Of a stretch of DNA of 64,000 bases, positions 50,126 to 64,000 are shown in pieces. Location: NCBI GenBank assembly GCA_964016885.1, contig OZ024741.1, positions 265,298,001 through 265,362,000 of the forward strand, given 5' to 3'. This stretch comes from Eledone cirrhosa (Eukaryota). The notes under the pieces were generated by a model. That model was given only the letters and a program-made list of their open reading frames with translations. It ran no database searches and was not told the origin of the DNA. Numbering within the stretch: the stretch's first letter is position 1; each line of letters starts with the position of its first letter. The position numbers and the translations under genes were made by a program.

Positions 50126-52438
50126 AGTTTATCCTTCCTCACACAATTACATCATCTGCAGTGTGTGTTTCTCTCTCTCTCTCTCTCTCACTCTCTCTCT
50201 CATCATCATCATCGTTTAACATCTATCTTCCACGCTAGCATGGGTTAGACGGGGCATGTCCCACTTGAGGCAAGATTGGTCGGGTGACCGTGTCTCGCTC
50301 GTATAGGACTATCTGGCAGGAATATATATATTTATATATATTATATATATTTTCCCTTCCCCCTTTCTTCCTCTCTACTCACCCCCCCCCCCTCCCCCTG
50401 TTCTTCCTCCTTTTCTCTCTCCCTTTTTCTCCCCTTCTTTTCTCTCTTTCTCTCTCCTTTTCCACCTGGCCTTTTGATTAATAAAAGGCCTCGAGCATAC
50501 CCGTACTACACTGATGTCCTGTAATTCAGCACCGAAACATTGGATTGGGAAACATTTACAGCTGACGATGGAAACTCCTTTCTTCCTTTCTCCCCCTGTT
50601 CCGTCCTAACCACCATCCTAAACCTTGTTTTTAGTAACCACACAGGTCCTTTCGTTTCATATCTTTATATATATATATGGCTTAGTGGTTAGAGTATTGG
50701 CCTTGCAATCGAAAGGTTGTGAGTTCAATTCTCAGACTGGGTGATGTGTTGTTTCCTTGAGCAAGACACTGTATTTCACATTGCTCCAGTTTACTGTAGA
50801 AATGAGATGATAGGACTGGGGCCCCTATCATTCCACTGCAAAGTGGTCGTGGTCCCTACCATTCCACGGCAAAAAAGCACCCAGCCCACACTGTAAAGTG
50901 GACGTGTAGGCGCCATGGAAAAAGCACCCAACACTCACTGTAAATGAGGTTGGTGTTAGGAAGAGCATCCAGCTGTAGAAATCAAGCCAGAATCAGTTCC
51001 CGTCCCACCCTTGCAAGCAGGGAAAAGCGGACGTAAAATGAGGATGATGATGATGATGATATATATACACATACATACATACACACTGGTAAAATTCTGT
51101 TATAATAAATTTTTCAGTATAACAGTTTTTTTTCAGTCCCTGGCCACATGCTCGATGTGTTAGGTTGATCTCGTAATAAAGAATCTTTCGTTACAATGAA
51201 TTTTTTTTTATAGCCCATGAATTTGATTATAACGTAATTTGACTGTGTGTGTGTGTGTGTATATATATATAGTATTGAAAAGATTGGAGGCCATAATTAA
51301 TTGATTCAGGTTTATTTAAAATCCGCTATATATATTTTGCTGTGGACTATCAATTATGATAGCCTGAGACAGTAAAACTTATAAAAACTTGAAACTTCCT
51401 CAAAAAAGAAAGTTTAACTTGAAAATAATTTTTCTTTCCTTAATACAGAGGACGGCCGAATGTGTGGATGTTGTTTCTTCAGTGGCTGGCCCCTGTAACA
51501 GCATCCACAAATGGTGTGATCAGATGTTGGTGGGGTGTTAGGGTGTCGGAGGTGTATGGAAGAGGGAGGGGAGGATAGTGGTTAAGAGGTGCAGACGAGA
51601 TGTATGGCTTCAGTCCATGCGTATTAGAAGGTGGGTTTTCTGTATTGCTGCATAACGCCAAAGATCTTGATCTTGATCTTTGAAAGGTGCAATTGTGCAA
51701 GGTCAGTTTTTATCACCTCATTCCAGGTCTTCCTGGGTCTTCCTACTCCATGGCTTCCATCATCTTTGATTGCCCTGCACCTTTTTATGCAGCTGTCCTC
51801 CTTAAGAAACATGGCTCACAGAATACTACATTCTGATTGGCTAAAATGTCATGTGACAAGACAGTGAAATTAAAGTCATCTGCATAAAGTCACTACCATC
51901 CCATTACTGCTAAAATAGAGTTACGGCCCTTTATGATCTGAGTTCAAATCCTGCCGAGGTGAACTTTGCCATTCATCCTAACAGGGTCGATAAAATAAAG
52001 TACCAGTAATACACTGGGATAATTGCTGGCCTTGTGCCAAAGGTAGAAACAATTATTAAGAAAAGTCAGTGGAGCGTCGAACAACATGCTTGCGGCATAA
52101 TTACAGTACTTTATGTTCAAATCCCACTGAGGTTAGCTTTGCCTTTCATCTTTATGGGGTCGATAAAATAAAGCACCAGTAATACACTGGGATCAATTTG
52201 ATCGACTTTCCCTCCCCCTAAAAAATTGTTGGTCATGTGCCTAAAACAGAAACCATGATTAAGTCTTTTTCTTTTTTTGTTCTTTCTTTGTAATAGACTC
52301 AAGAATTTCTGCTAATAAAATTAATAGAGAGATTTAATCTATTTAAGTGGTCTACCAGATCTTTTTAAGAAATAGTTTTAACAATTATTGAAAAAGTCTT
52401 GCGTATTCTTCATGATTTTTTTATCTAATTCTCACTCT

Positions 52439-52482
<44 letters not shown>

Positions 52483-54438
52483 TGTTGTAGTTTGCTTGAA
52501 GCATTATTGAATCGGAATCGGAATTTATATATGTGTGTGTATATATATAGACATGCAGTTATGCATATATGTGTATACATACACACATTCACAGATACAC
52601 ATACACACAATTCCTCCCACCCACCACTACACACTCAAAGGGATGCTGTTGTTGTGGTGGTGGTGGTTAGATGAGTAAAATAGTGAACCAATTTGTAAGA
52701 ATCTCTGTTTATTATGAGATTGACACCTTGTTTCAATGTCTGAATTGATGGTAATGGATAGGATGAGTCACGTGTGTAGTGGTAGTGGGAGGAGTCGAGT
52801 GTGTGTACATGCATGAAGTTGTGGGTGATGGGAGGTGCATGTGTGCATATAGAGGGTCCCACAAGGCTAACCTTTGCTTTAGAAGGGAAAAAATCTCCTT
52901 AACCCTTTAGCATTTACAATGCTCTGTATATACTATTATATTTTCACGGTAAAGGCTTTACCTCACATAATATCAAATCTATGAGATTTTGATATTATTT
53001 ATTTTGAGAACAATTCCTTAACATCAGTATTAGTGACCAGTTATGGCCGGTTTGAACAGAAAGAGGTGAGAGAATTCTGGCCGGATATGGCTGGTTTAAA
53101 TACTAAAGGGTTAAAACACTTTTACATAAACTGTGTGTATTCAGTTCATAAGAGGTGACTAAAAGAGTTGGCATCAAAATGAACTGCCATGAAGAGTATG
53201 AAGCCTCTCGCGAGGTTCTGGAAGATCGATCCATGCGTTAGCAGGGAAAATAGCCTTAAAATACACTTGGTAGAGCAAAGGACTGTATGTAAACAAGGTG
53301 CAAACTCCCAGCCTGTTTGGGAGGGGGGAGGGGGTCAGTAGTCCCACTTGAGTACTGACTCGGTCTGTGAAAGCCCATCCAACTCTTACTTGTTGCATAT
53401 TTACTGTATTCATGAGAAAAATATATTATTATGGCCTGTTATATATTTGTCTTTGTTTTAATATACTTACAGGTTATGGACTGTCATTAACTCTACCAGA
53501 TAAAACGCCCTGATATCTAAATATTGAGACTTTCACTGCTCATCACCTCACTGTCTTGCTGCTTTTCTCAAGTGTAAGTTCCTCTTCATTCTTTCATCTT
53601 CTGGCAAAGAGTGATATGTGGTTAAGGTGTTAAACTCAAGATCATGGTGATAGGAATGGCATCCTGCCAGACAATCCTATACGAGCGAGACGACCAATCT
53701 TGCCTCAAGTGGGATAATTCCCGTCTAAACCCTTGCTAGCATGGAAGATAGACGTTAAACAATGATGATGATGAGATTTGTACCCTTGAGTGAACAACTG
53801 AACAACCCAAACCACTTCATTTCACATTGTTTCAGATCATTCAACTGAAAGTAGTTAATCCAGGCAATGAACGTATGTCTAGTCCAGGGCAGGGGTGTGG
53901 GGGTAGGGGTCTTTTCAAGCACTGTAATTAATTGATTGAGTGATGGGGGTTTTCTTATAGTTTTATCATCATCATCATCATTTTTACGTCCGCTTTTCCC
54001 TGCTTGCAAGGGTGGGACGGGAATTGATTCTGGCTTGATTTCTACAGCTGGATGCCCTTCCTAACACCAACCTCATTTACAGTGAGTGCTGGGTGCTTCA
54101 CAGTGGAATGATATGGACCCAGTCCCTATCATCTCATTTCTACAGCTGAGTAAACTGGAGCAATGTGAAATAAAGTGTCTTGCTCAAGGAAACAACACAT
54201 CACCCGGTCTGAGAATTGAACTCACAACCTTTCAATTGCAAGGCCAATGGCTCTAACCACTAAGCTATGTAGTAACAAATTTGACAGTCGTTATAATGTT
54301 TGATTAAATGTTTTGTGGTATTTGTTCCAACCCTCTGCACCATCAGTTCAAATCCTTCTGAGCTTAGGTTTTGAACTCAGTAAGATAAAGTACCAATATG
54401 GTCTGGGATGTGAGTGGCTGTTCTCTGGAGGTTGTTTA

Positions 54439-55497
54439 TGATGTCAGTGGGTGTGGTCTTTCACTGGATGGTGACTGGGATATCAGTGGGTGTGGTCTTT
54501 CACTGGATGGTGACTGGGATGTCAGTGGGTGTGGTCTTTCACTGGATGGTGACTGGGATGTCAGTGGGTGTGGTCTTTCACTGGATGGTGACTGGGATGT
54601 CAGTGGGTGTGGTCTTTCACTGGATGGTGACTGGGATGTCTGGGTGTGGTCTTTCACTGGATGGTGACTGGGATGTCAGTGGGTGTGGTCTTTCACTGGA
54701 TGGTGACTGGGATGTCAGTGGGTGTGGTCTTTCACTGGATGGTGACTGGGATGTCAGTGGGTGTGGTCTTTCACTGGATGGTGACTGGGATGTCAGTGAG
54801 TGTAGCTTTTCACTGGATGGTGACTGGGATGTCAGTGGGTGTGGTCTTTCACTGGATGGTGACTGGGATGTCTGGGTGTGGTCTTTCACTGGATGGTGAC
54901 TGGGATGTCAGTGGGTGTGGTCTTTCACTGGATGGTGACTGGGATGTCAGTGGGTGTGGTCTTTCACTGGATGGTGACTGGGATGTCAGTGGGTGTGGTC
55001 TTTCACTGGATGGTGACTGGGATGTCTGGGTGTGGTCTTTCACTGGATGGTGACTGGGATGTCAGTGGGTGTGGTCTTTCACTGGATGGTGACTGGGATA
55101 TCAGTGGGTGTGGTAATTCACTGGATGGTGACTGGGATGTCAGTGGGTGTGGTCTTTCACTGGATGGTGACTGGGATGTCAGTGGGTGTGGTCTTTCACT
55201 GGATGGTGACTGGGATGTCAGTGGGTGTGGTCTTGCACTGGATGGTGACTGGGATGTCTGGGTGTGGTCTTTCACTGGATGGTGACTGGGATGTCAGTGG
55301 GTGTGGTCTTTCACTGGATGGTGACTGGGATGTCAGTGGGTGTGGTCTTTCACTGGATGGTGACTGGGATGTCAGTGGGTGTGGTCTTTCACTGGATGGT
55401 GACTGGGATGTCAGTGAGTGTAGCTTTTCACTGGATGGTGACTGGGATGTCAGTGGGTGTGGTCTTTCACTGGATGGTGACTGGGATGTCAGTGGTT
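54439..55497 (+). repeat. 39-bp minisatellite (about 27 units) with 37-bp variants
   Basis: Unit gatgtcagtgggtgtggtctttcactggatggtgactgg. Confidence 0.95.
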
Positions 55498-55574
55498 TTT
55501 CACTTTGTATGATTTAGGTTTTCAGTAGGAGTGGCTTTTCTCTGAATGTGATCTAGGATGTTAGTATGGCGTCA

Positions 55575-58500
55575 TTAACTCTTTTGATACAAAACCACTT
55601 GACACTGTCAGCAAACCACTTGACACTGCCACCAAACCACTTGACACTGCCACCAAACCACCTGACACTGCCACCAAACAACCTGACACTGCCACCAAAC
55701 CACCTGACACTGCCACCAAACCACTTGACACTGCCACCAAACCACCTGACACTGCCACCAAACCACGTGACACTGCGCCAAACCACCTGACACTGCCACC
55801 AAACCACCTGACACTGCGACCAAACCACCTGACACTGCCACCAAACCACTTGACACTGCCACCAAAGTGCCTGACACTGCCACCAAACCACTTGACACTG
55901 CCACCAAACCACTTGACACTGCCACCAAACCACTTGACACTGCCACCAAAGTGCCTGACACTGCCACCAAACCACTTGACACTGCCACCAAACCACTTGA
56001 CACTGCCACAAAACCACCTGACACTGCCACGAAACCACTTGACACTGCCACCAAACCACCTGACACTGCCAACAAACCACCTGACACTGCCACCAAACCA
56101 CTTGACACTGCCACCAAACCACCTGACATTGCCACCAAACCATCTGACACTGCCACCAAACCACTTGACACTGCCACCAAACCACCTGACACTGCACCAA
56201 ACCACTTGACACTGCCGCCAAACCACCTGACACTGCCGCCAAACCACCTGACACTGCCGCCAAACCTCCTGACACTGTGCCAAACCACCTAGCACTGCCA
56301 CCAAACCACCTGACACTGGGACCATACTACTTGAAACTGCCACCAGACCACCTGACACTGCCACCAAACCACCTGACACTGCCACAAAACCACCTGACAC
56401 TGCCACAAAACTACTTGACACTGCCTCCAAACCACCTGACCCTGCCACCAAACCACCTGACACTGCCACCAAACCGCCTGACACTGCCACCAAACCACTT
56501 GACACTGCCACCAAACCACCTGACACTGCCACCAAACCACCTGACACCGCCACCAAACCACCTGACACTGCTACCAAACCACCTGACACTGCCACCAAAC
56601 CACCTGACACTGCCACCAAACTGCCACCAAACCACCTGGCACTGCCACCAAACCACCTGACACTGCTGCCAAACCACCTGACTCTGCCACCAAACCAGAT
56701 GACACTGCCACCAAACCACCTGACACTGCCACCAAACCACTTGACACTCCCTCCAAACCACCTGACACTGCCACCAAACCACCTGACACTGCCACCAAAC
56801 TGCCTGACACTGCCACCAAACCACTTGACACTGACACTGCCACCAAACCACCTGACACTATCACCAAACCACTTGACACTGCCACCAAACCACCTGACAC
56901 TACCACCAAACCACATGACACTGCCACCAAACCACCTGACACTGCCACCAAACCACTTGACACTGCCTCCAAACCACCTGCCACTGCCACTAAACCACTT
57001 GACACTGCCACCAAACCACTTGACACTGGCACCAAACCACCTGACACTATCACCAAACCACTTGACACTGCCACCAAACCACCTGACACTGCCACCAAAC
57101 CACCTGACACTGCCACAAAACCACCTGACACTGCCACAAAACTACTTGACACTGCCTCCAAACCACCTGACCCTGCCACCAAACCACCTGACACTGCCAC
57201 CAAACCACCTGACACCGCCACCAAACCACCTGACACTGCTACCAAACCACCTGACACTGCCACCAAACCACCTGACACTGCCACCAAACTGCCACCAAAC
57301 CACCTGACACTGCTGCCAAACCACCTGACTCTGCCACCAAACCAGATGACACTGCCACCAAACCACCTGACACTGCCACAAAACCACTTGACACTCCCTC
57401 CAAACCACCTGACACTGCCACCAAACCACCTGACACTGCCACCAAACCACCTGACACTGCCACCAAACTGCCTGACACTGCCACCAAACCACTTGACACT
57501 GACACTGCCACCAAACCACCTGACACTATCACCAAACCACTTGACACTGCCACCAAACCACCTGACACTACCACCAAACCACATGACACTGCCACCAAAC
57601 CACCTGACACTGCCACCAAACCACCTGACACCGCCACCAAACCACCTGACACTGCTACCAAACCACCTGACACTGCCACCAAACCACCTGACACTGCCAC
57701 CAAACCACCTGACACTGCTGCCAAACCACCTGACTCTGCCACCAAACCAGATGACACTGCCACCAAACCACCTGACACTGCCACAAAACCACTTGACACT
57801 CCCTCCAAACCACCTGACACTGCCACCAAACCACCTGACACTGCCACCAAACCACCTGACACTGCCACCAAACTGCCTGACACTGCCACCAAACCACTTG
57901 ACACTGACACTGCCACCAAACCACCTGACACTATCACCAAACCACTTGACACTGCCACCAAACCACCTGACACTACCACCAAACCACATGACACTGCCAC
58001 CAAACCACCTGACACTGCCACCAAACCACTTGACACTGCCTCCAAACCACCTGCCACTGCCACTAAACCACTTGACACTGCCACCAAACCACTTGACACT
58101 GGCACCAAACCACCTGACACTATCACCAAACCACTTGACACTGCCACCAAACCACCTGACACTGCCACCAAACCACCTGACACTGCCACCAAACCACTTG
58201 ACACTGCGCCAAACCACTTGACACTGCCACCAAACCACCTGACACTGCCACCAAACCACCTGACCCTGCCACAAAACCACCTGACACTGCCACAAAACTA
58301 CTTGACACTGCCTCCAAACCACCTGACCCTGCCACCAAACCACCTGACACTGCCACCAAACCGCCTGACACTGCCACCAAACCACTTGACACTGCCACCA
58401 AACCACCTGACACTGCCACCAAACCACCTGACACCGCCACCAAACCACCTGACACTGCTACCAAACCACCTGACACTGCCACCAAACCACCTGACACTGC

Positions 58501-61500
58501 CACCAAACTGCCACCAAACCACCTGACACTGCTGCCAAACCACCTGACTCTGCCACCAAACCAGATGACACTGCCACCAAACCACCTGACACTGCCACAA
58601 AACCACTTGACACTCCCTCCAAACCACCTGACACTGCCACCAAACCACCTGACACTGCCACCAAACCACCTGACACTGCCACCAAACCACTTGACCCTGC
58701 CACCAAACCACCTGACACTGCCACAAAATTACTTGACACTGCCACCAAACCACCTGACACTGCCACCAAACCACCTGACACTGCCACCAAACCACCTGAC
58801 ACTGCCACCAAACTGCCTGACACTGCCACCAAACCACCTGACACTGCCACAAAACTACTTGACACTGCCACCAAACCACTTGACACTGCCTCCAAACCAC
58901 CTGACACTGCCACCAAACCACCTGACACTGCCACCAAACCACTTGACACTGCCACCAAAACACCTGACACTACCACCAAACCACATGACACTGCCACCAA
59001 ACCACCTGACACTGCCACCAAACCACTTGACACTGCCTCCAAACCACCTGCCACTGCCACTAAACCACTTGACACTGCCACCAAACCACTTGACACTGAC
59101 ACTGCCACCAAACCACCTGACACTATCACCAAACCACTTGACACTGCCACCAAACCACCTGACACTGCCACCAAACCACTTGACACTGACACTACCACCA
59201 AACCACCTGACACTGCCACCAAACCACTTGACACTGCGCCAAACCACTTGACACTGCCACCAAACCACCTGACACTGCCACCAAACCACCTGACACTGCC
59301 GCCAAACCACCTGACACTGCCACCAAACCACCTGACACTGCCGCCAAACCACATGACACTGCCGCCAAACCTCCTGACACTGCCGCCAAACCACTTGACA
59401 CTGCCACCAAACCACCTGACACTGCCACCAAACCACCTGACACTGCGCCAAACCACCTGACACTGCCACCAAACCAACTGACACTACCACCAAACCACCT
59501 GACACTGCCACCAAACCACCTGACACTGCCACCAAACCACCTGACACTGCCACCAAACCACTTGACACTGCCACCAAACCACTTGACACTGCCACCAAAC
59601 GTCCTGACACTGCCACCAAACCACTTGACACTGCCACCAAACCACCTGACACTGCCACCAAACCTCCTGACACTGCCACCAAACCACCTGACACTGCCAC
59701 CAAACCACATGACACTGCCACCAAACCACTTGACACTGCCACCAAACCACCTGACACTGCCACCAAACCACTTCACACTGCCATCAAACCACTTGACACT
59801 GCCACCAAACTGCCTGACACTGCCACCAAACCACTTGACACTGCCACCAAACCACTTGACACTGCCACCAAACCACCTGACACTGCCACCAAACCACCTG
59901 ACACTGCCACCAAACCACCTGACACTGCCACCAAACTGCCTGACACTGCCACCAAACCACCTGACACTGCCACAAAACTACTTGACACTGCCACCAAACC
60001 ACTTGACACTGCCTCCAAACCACCTGACACTGCCACCAAACCACCTGACACTGCCACTAAACCACTTGACACTGCCACCAAAACACCTGACACTACCACC
60101 AAACCACATGACACTGCCACCAAACCACCTGACACTGCCACCAAACCACTTGACACTGCCTCCAAACCACCTGCCACTGCCACTAAACCACTTGACACTG
60201 CCACCAAACCACTTGACACTGACACTGCCACCAAACCACCTGACACTATCACCAAACCACTTGACACTGCCACCAAACCACCTGACACTGCCACCAAACC
60301 ACTTGACACTGACACTACCACCAAACCACCTGACACTGCCACCAAACCACTTGACACTGCGCCAAACCACTTGACACTGCCACCAAACCACCTGACACTG
60401 CCACCAAACCACCTGACACTGCCGCCAAACCACCTGACACTGCCGCCAAACCACCTGACACTGCCGCCAAACCACATGACACTGCCGCCAAACCTCCTGA
60501 CACTGCCGCCAAACCACTTGACACTGCCACCAAACCAGCTGACACTGCCACCAAACCACCTGACACTGCGCCAAACCACCTGACACTGCCACCAAACCAA
60601 CTGACACTACCACCAAACCACCTGACACTGCCACCAAACCACCTGACACTGCCACCAAACCACTTGACACTGCCACCAAACCACTTGACACTGCCACCAA
60701 ACCTCCTGACACTGCCACCAAACCACTTGACACTGCCACCAAACCACCTGACACTGCCACCAAACCTCCTGACACTGCCACCAAACCACCTGACACTGCC
60801 ACCAAACCACTTGACACTGCCACCAAACCACCTGACACTACCACCAAACCACTTGACACTGCCACCAAACCACCTGACACTGCCACCAAACCACCTGACA
60901 CTGGGACCAAACTACTTGAAATTGCCACCAGACCACCTGACACTGCCACCAAACCACCTGACACTGCCACCAAACCACCTGACACTGCCACAAAATTACT
61001 TGACACTGCCACCAAACCACCTGACACTGCCACCAAACCACCTGACACTGCCACCAAACCACCTGACACTGCCACCAAACCACCTGACACTGCCACCAAA
61101 CCGCCTGACACTGCCACCAAACCACCTGACACTGCCACAAAACTACTTGACACTGCCGCCAAACCACCTGACACTGCTACCAAACCACATGACACTGCCA
61201 CCAAACCACCTGACACTACCACCAAACCACCTGACACTGCGCCAAACCACCTGACACTGCCACCAAACCAACTGACACTACCACTAAACCACATGACACG
61301 GCCACCAAACCACCTGACACTGCCACTAAACCACTTGACACTGCCACCAAACCACCTGACACTATCACCAAACCACTTGACACTGCCTCCAAACCACCTG
61401 ACACTGCCACCAAACCACCTGACACTGCGCCAAACCACCTGACACTGCCACCAAACCAACTGACACTACCACTAAACCACCTGATACTGCCACCAAACCA

Positions 61501-64000
61501 ACTGACACTACCACTAAACCACATGACACGGCCACCAAACCACCTGACACTGCCACTAAACCACTTGACACTGCCACCAAACCACTTGACACTGCCACCA
61601 AACCACTTGACACTGCCACCAAACCTCCTGACACTGCCACCAAACCACTTGACACTGCCACCAAACCACCTGACACTGCCACCAAACCTCCTGACACTGC
61701 CACCAAACCACCTGACACTGCCACCAAACCATCTGACACTGCCACCAAACCACTTGACACTGCCACCAAACCACCTGACACTGCCACCAAACCACCTGAC
61801 ACTGCCACCAAACCACCTAACACTGGGACCAAACTACTTGAAACTGCCACCAAACCACCTGACACTGCCACCAAACCACCTGACACTGCCACCAAACCAC
61901 CTGACACTGCCACCAAACCACATGACACTGCCACCAAACCACCTGACACTGCAACCAAACCACTTGACACTGCCTCCAAACCACCTGACACTGCCACCAA
62001 ACCACCTGACACTGCCACCTGACACTGCCACCAAACCACTTGACCCTGCCACCAAACCACCTGACACTGCCACAAAATTACTTGACACTGCCACCAAACC
62101 ACTTGACACCGCCACCAAACCTCCTGACACTGCCACCAAACCACCTGACACTGCCACCAAACCACCTGACACTGCCACCAAACCGCCTGACACTGCCACC
62201 AAACCGCCTGACACTGCCACCAAACTGCCTGACACTGCCACCAAACCACTTGACACTGCCACCAAACCACCTGACACTGCCACCAAACCACCTGGCACTG
62301 CCACCAAACCACTTGACCCTGCCACCAAACCACCTGACACTGCCACAAAATTACTTGACACTGCCACCAAACCACTTGACACCGCCACCAAACCACCTGA
62401 CACTGCCACCAAACCACCTGACACTGCCACCAAACCACCTGACACTGCCACCAAACTGCCTGACACTGCCACCAAACCACCTGACACTGCCACAAAACTA
62501 CTTGACACTGCCACCAAACCACCTGACACTGCCGCCAAACCACCTGACACTGCCACCAAACCACTTGACACTGGCACCAAACCACCTGACACTATCACCA
62601 AACCACTTGACACTGCCACCAAACCACCTGACACTGCCACCAAACCACCTGACACTGCCACCAAACCACTTGACACTGCGCCAAACCACTTGACACTGCC
62701 ACCAAACCACCTGACACTGCCGCCAAACCACCTGACACTGCCGCCAAATCACCTGACACTGCCGCCAAACCACCTGACACTGCCGCCAAACCCCCTGACA
62801 CTGCCACCAAACCACCTGACACTGCGCCAAACCACCTGACACTGCCACCAAACCAACTGACACTACCACTAAACCACATGACACGGCCACCAAACCACCT
62901 GACACTGCCACTAAACCACTTGACACTGCCACCAAACTGCCTGACACTGCCACCAAACCACCTGACACTATCACCAAACCACTTGACACTGCTACCAAAC
63001 CATCTGACACTACCACCAAACCACTTGACACTGCCACCAAACCACCTGACACTACCACCAAACCACCTGACACTGCCACCAAACCACCTGACACTGCCAC
63101 CAAACCACTTGACACTGCCACCAAACCTCCTGACACTGCCAACAAACCACCTGACACTGCCACCAAACCACTTGACACTGCTACCAAACCACCTGACACT
63201 ACCACCAAACCACTTGACACTGCCACCAAACCACCTGACACTGCCACCAAACCACCTGACACTTCCACCAAACCACCTGACACTGGGACCAAACTACTTG
63301 AAACTGCCACCAGACCACCTGACACTGCCACCAAACCACCTGACACTGCCACCAAACCACCTGACACTGCCACCAAACCACTTGACCCTGCCACCAAACC
63401 ACCTGACACTGCCACAAAATTACTTGACACTGCCACCAAACCACCTGACACTGCCACCAAACCACCTGACACTGCCACCAAACCACCTGACACTGCCACC
63501 AAACTGCCTGACACTGCCACCAAACCACCTGACACTGCCACAAAACTACTTGACACTGCCACCAAACCACTTGACACTGCCTCCAAACCACCTGACACTG
63601 CCACCAAACCACCTGACACTGCCACCAAACCACTTGACACTGCCACCAAAACACCTGACACTACCACCAAACCACATGACACTGCCACCAAACCACCTGA
63701 CACTGCCACCAAACCACTTGACACTGCCTCCAAACCACCTGCCACTGCCACTAAACCACTTGACACTGCCACCAAACCACTTGACACTGACACTGCCACC
63801 AAACCACCTGACACTATCACCAAACCACTTGACACTGCCACCAAACCACCTGACACTGCCACCAAACCACTTGACACTGACACTACCACCAAACCACCTG
63901 ACACTGCCACCAAACCACTTGACACTGCGCCAAACCACTTGACACTGCCACCAAACCACCTGACACTGCCACCAAACCACCTGACACTGCCGCCAAACCA
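55575..64000 (+). repeat. 21-bp minisatellite array (about 400 units, runs off the window end), starting at a MITE P1 terminus
   Basis: Unit ccacctgacactgccaccaaa with recurrent variants; begins ttaactcttttgatacaaaaccacttgacactgtc. Confidence 0.97.

Noticed and set aside
48651-50238. Poly-His, HTHIY and QPTN ORFs
   Set aside because: Simple-repeat translations.
50505-50640. ctgatgt..cgaaac and ctgacga motifs in a pyrimidine-rich (TA)n-flanked island
   Set aside because: Possibly a Penelope-type remnant, but cores are incomplete and stems cannot be assigned.
54398-55517. 39-bp array as CRISPR or repeat protein (SGCGLSLDGDWDV)n
   Set aside because: No unique spacers or cas genes; frequent 37-bp frameshifting units; eukaryotic context.
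55553-63980. Long ORFs (up to 625 aa) such as (LTLPPNH)n, (VAVSGGL)n, (WWQCQVV)n
   Set aside because: A 21-bp unit lacking stops in most frames; 20-bp variants shift frames freely, so there is no coding constraint.

Overview
Eukaryotic, AT-rich, repeat-saturated DNA with dense (TA)n/(CA)n/(GA)n microsatellites. The SINE/LINE/MITE repertoire most resembles a coleoid cephalopod (Octopus-like) genome; this is inference from recalled repeat families. No intact host gene is supported. Almost all ORFs in the track are microsatellite or minisatellite artefacts or decayed transposon ORFs. Recognisable elements are: Tx1, CR1, RTE (several), CRE and a near-complete HERO non-LTR retrotransposon; hAT and Tc1/mariner (maT-like) transposase relics; two Helitrons, one with its empty site in the window; piggyBac-like TTAA MITEs; three SINE modules; and minisatellites of about 48 (two arrays), 39 and 21 bp. 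The most interesting signal is a set of sequence-unrelated, (TA)n-flanked non-coding islands, each carrying a type-I hammerhead ribozyme motif with a palindromic stem III and an unusually long stem II. Two are canonical (23853-23931 +, 47759-47833 -), two near-canonical (19451-19556, 39267-39324) and several decayed; some sit in fold-back or circularly permuted units, like Penelope-type pLTRs or retrozymes. Second, one piggyBac-like MITE family appears to have seeded three tandem arrays, including the 8.4-kb 21-bp array at the window end.
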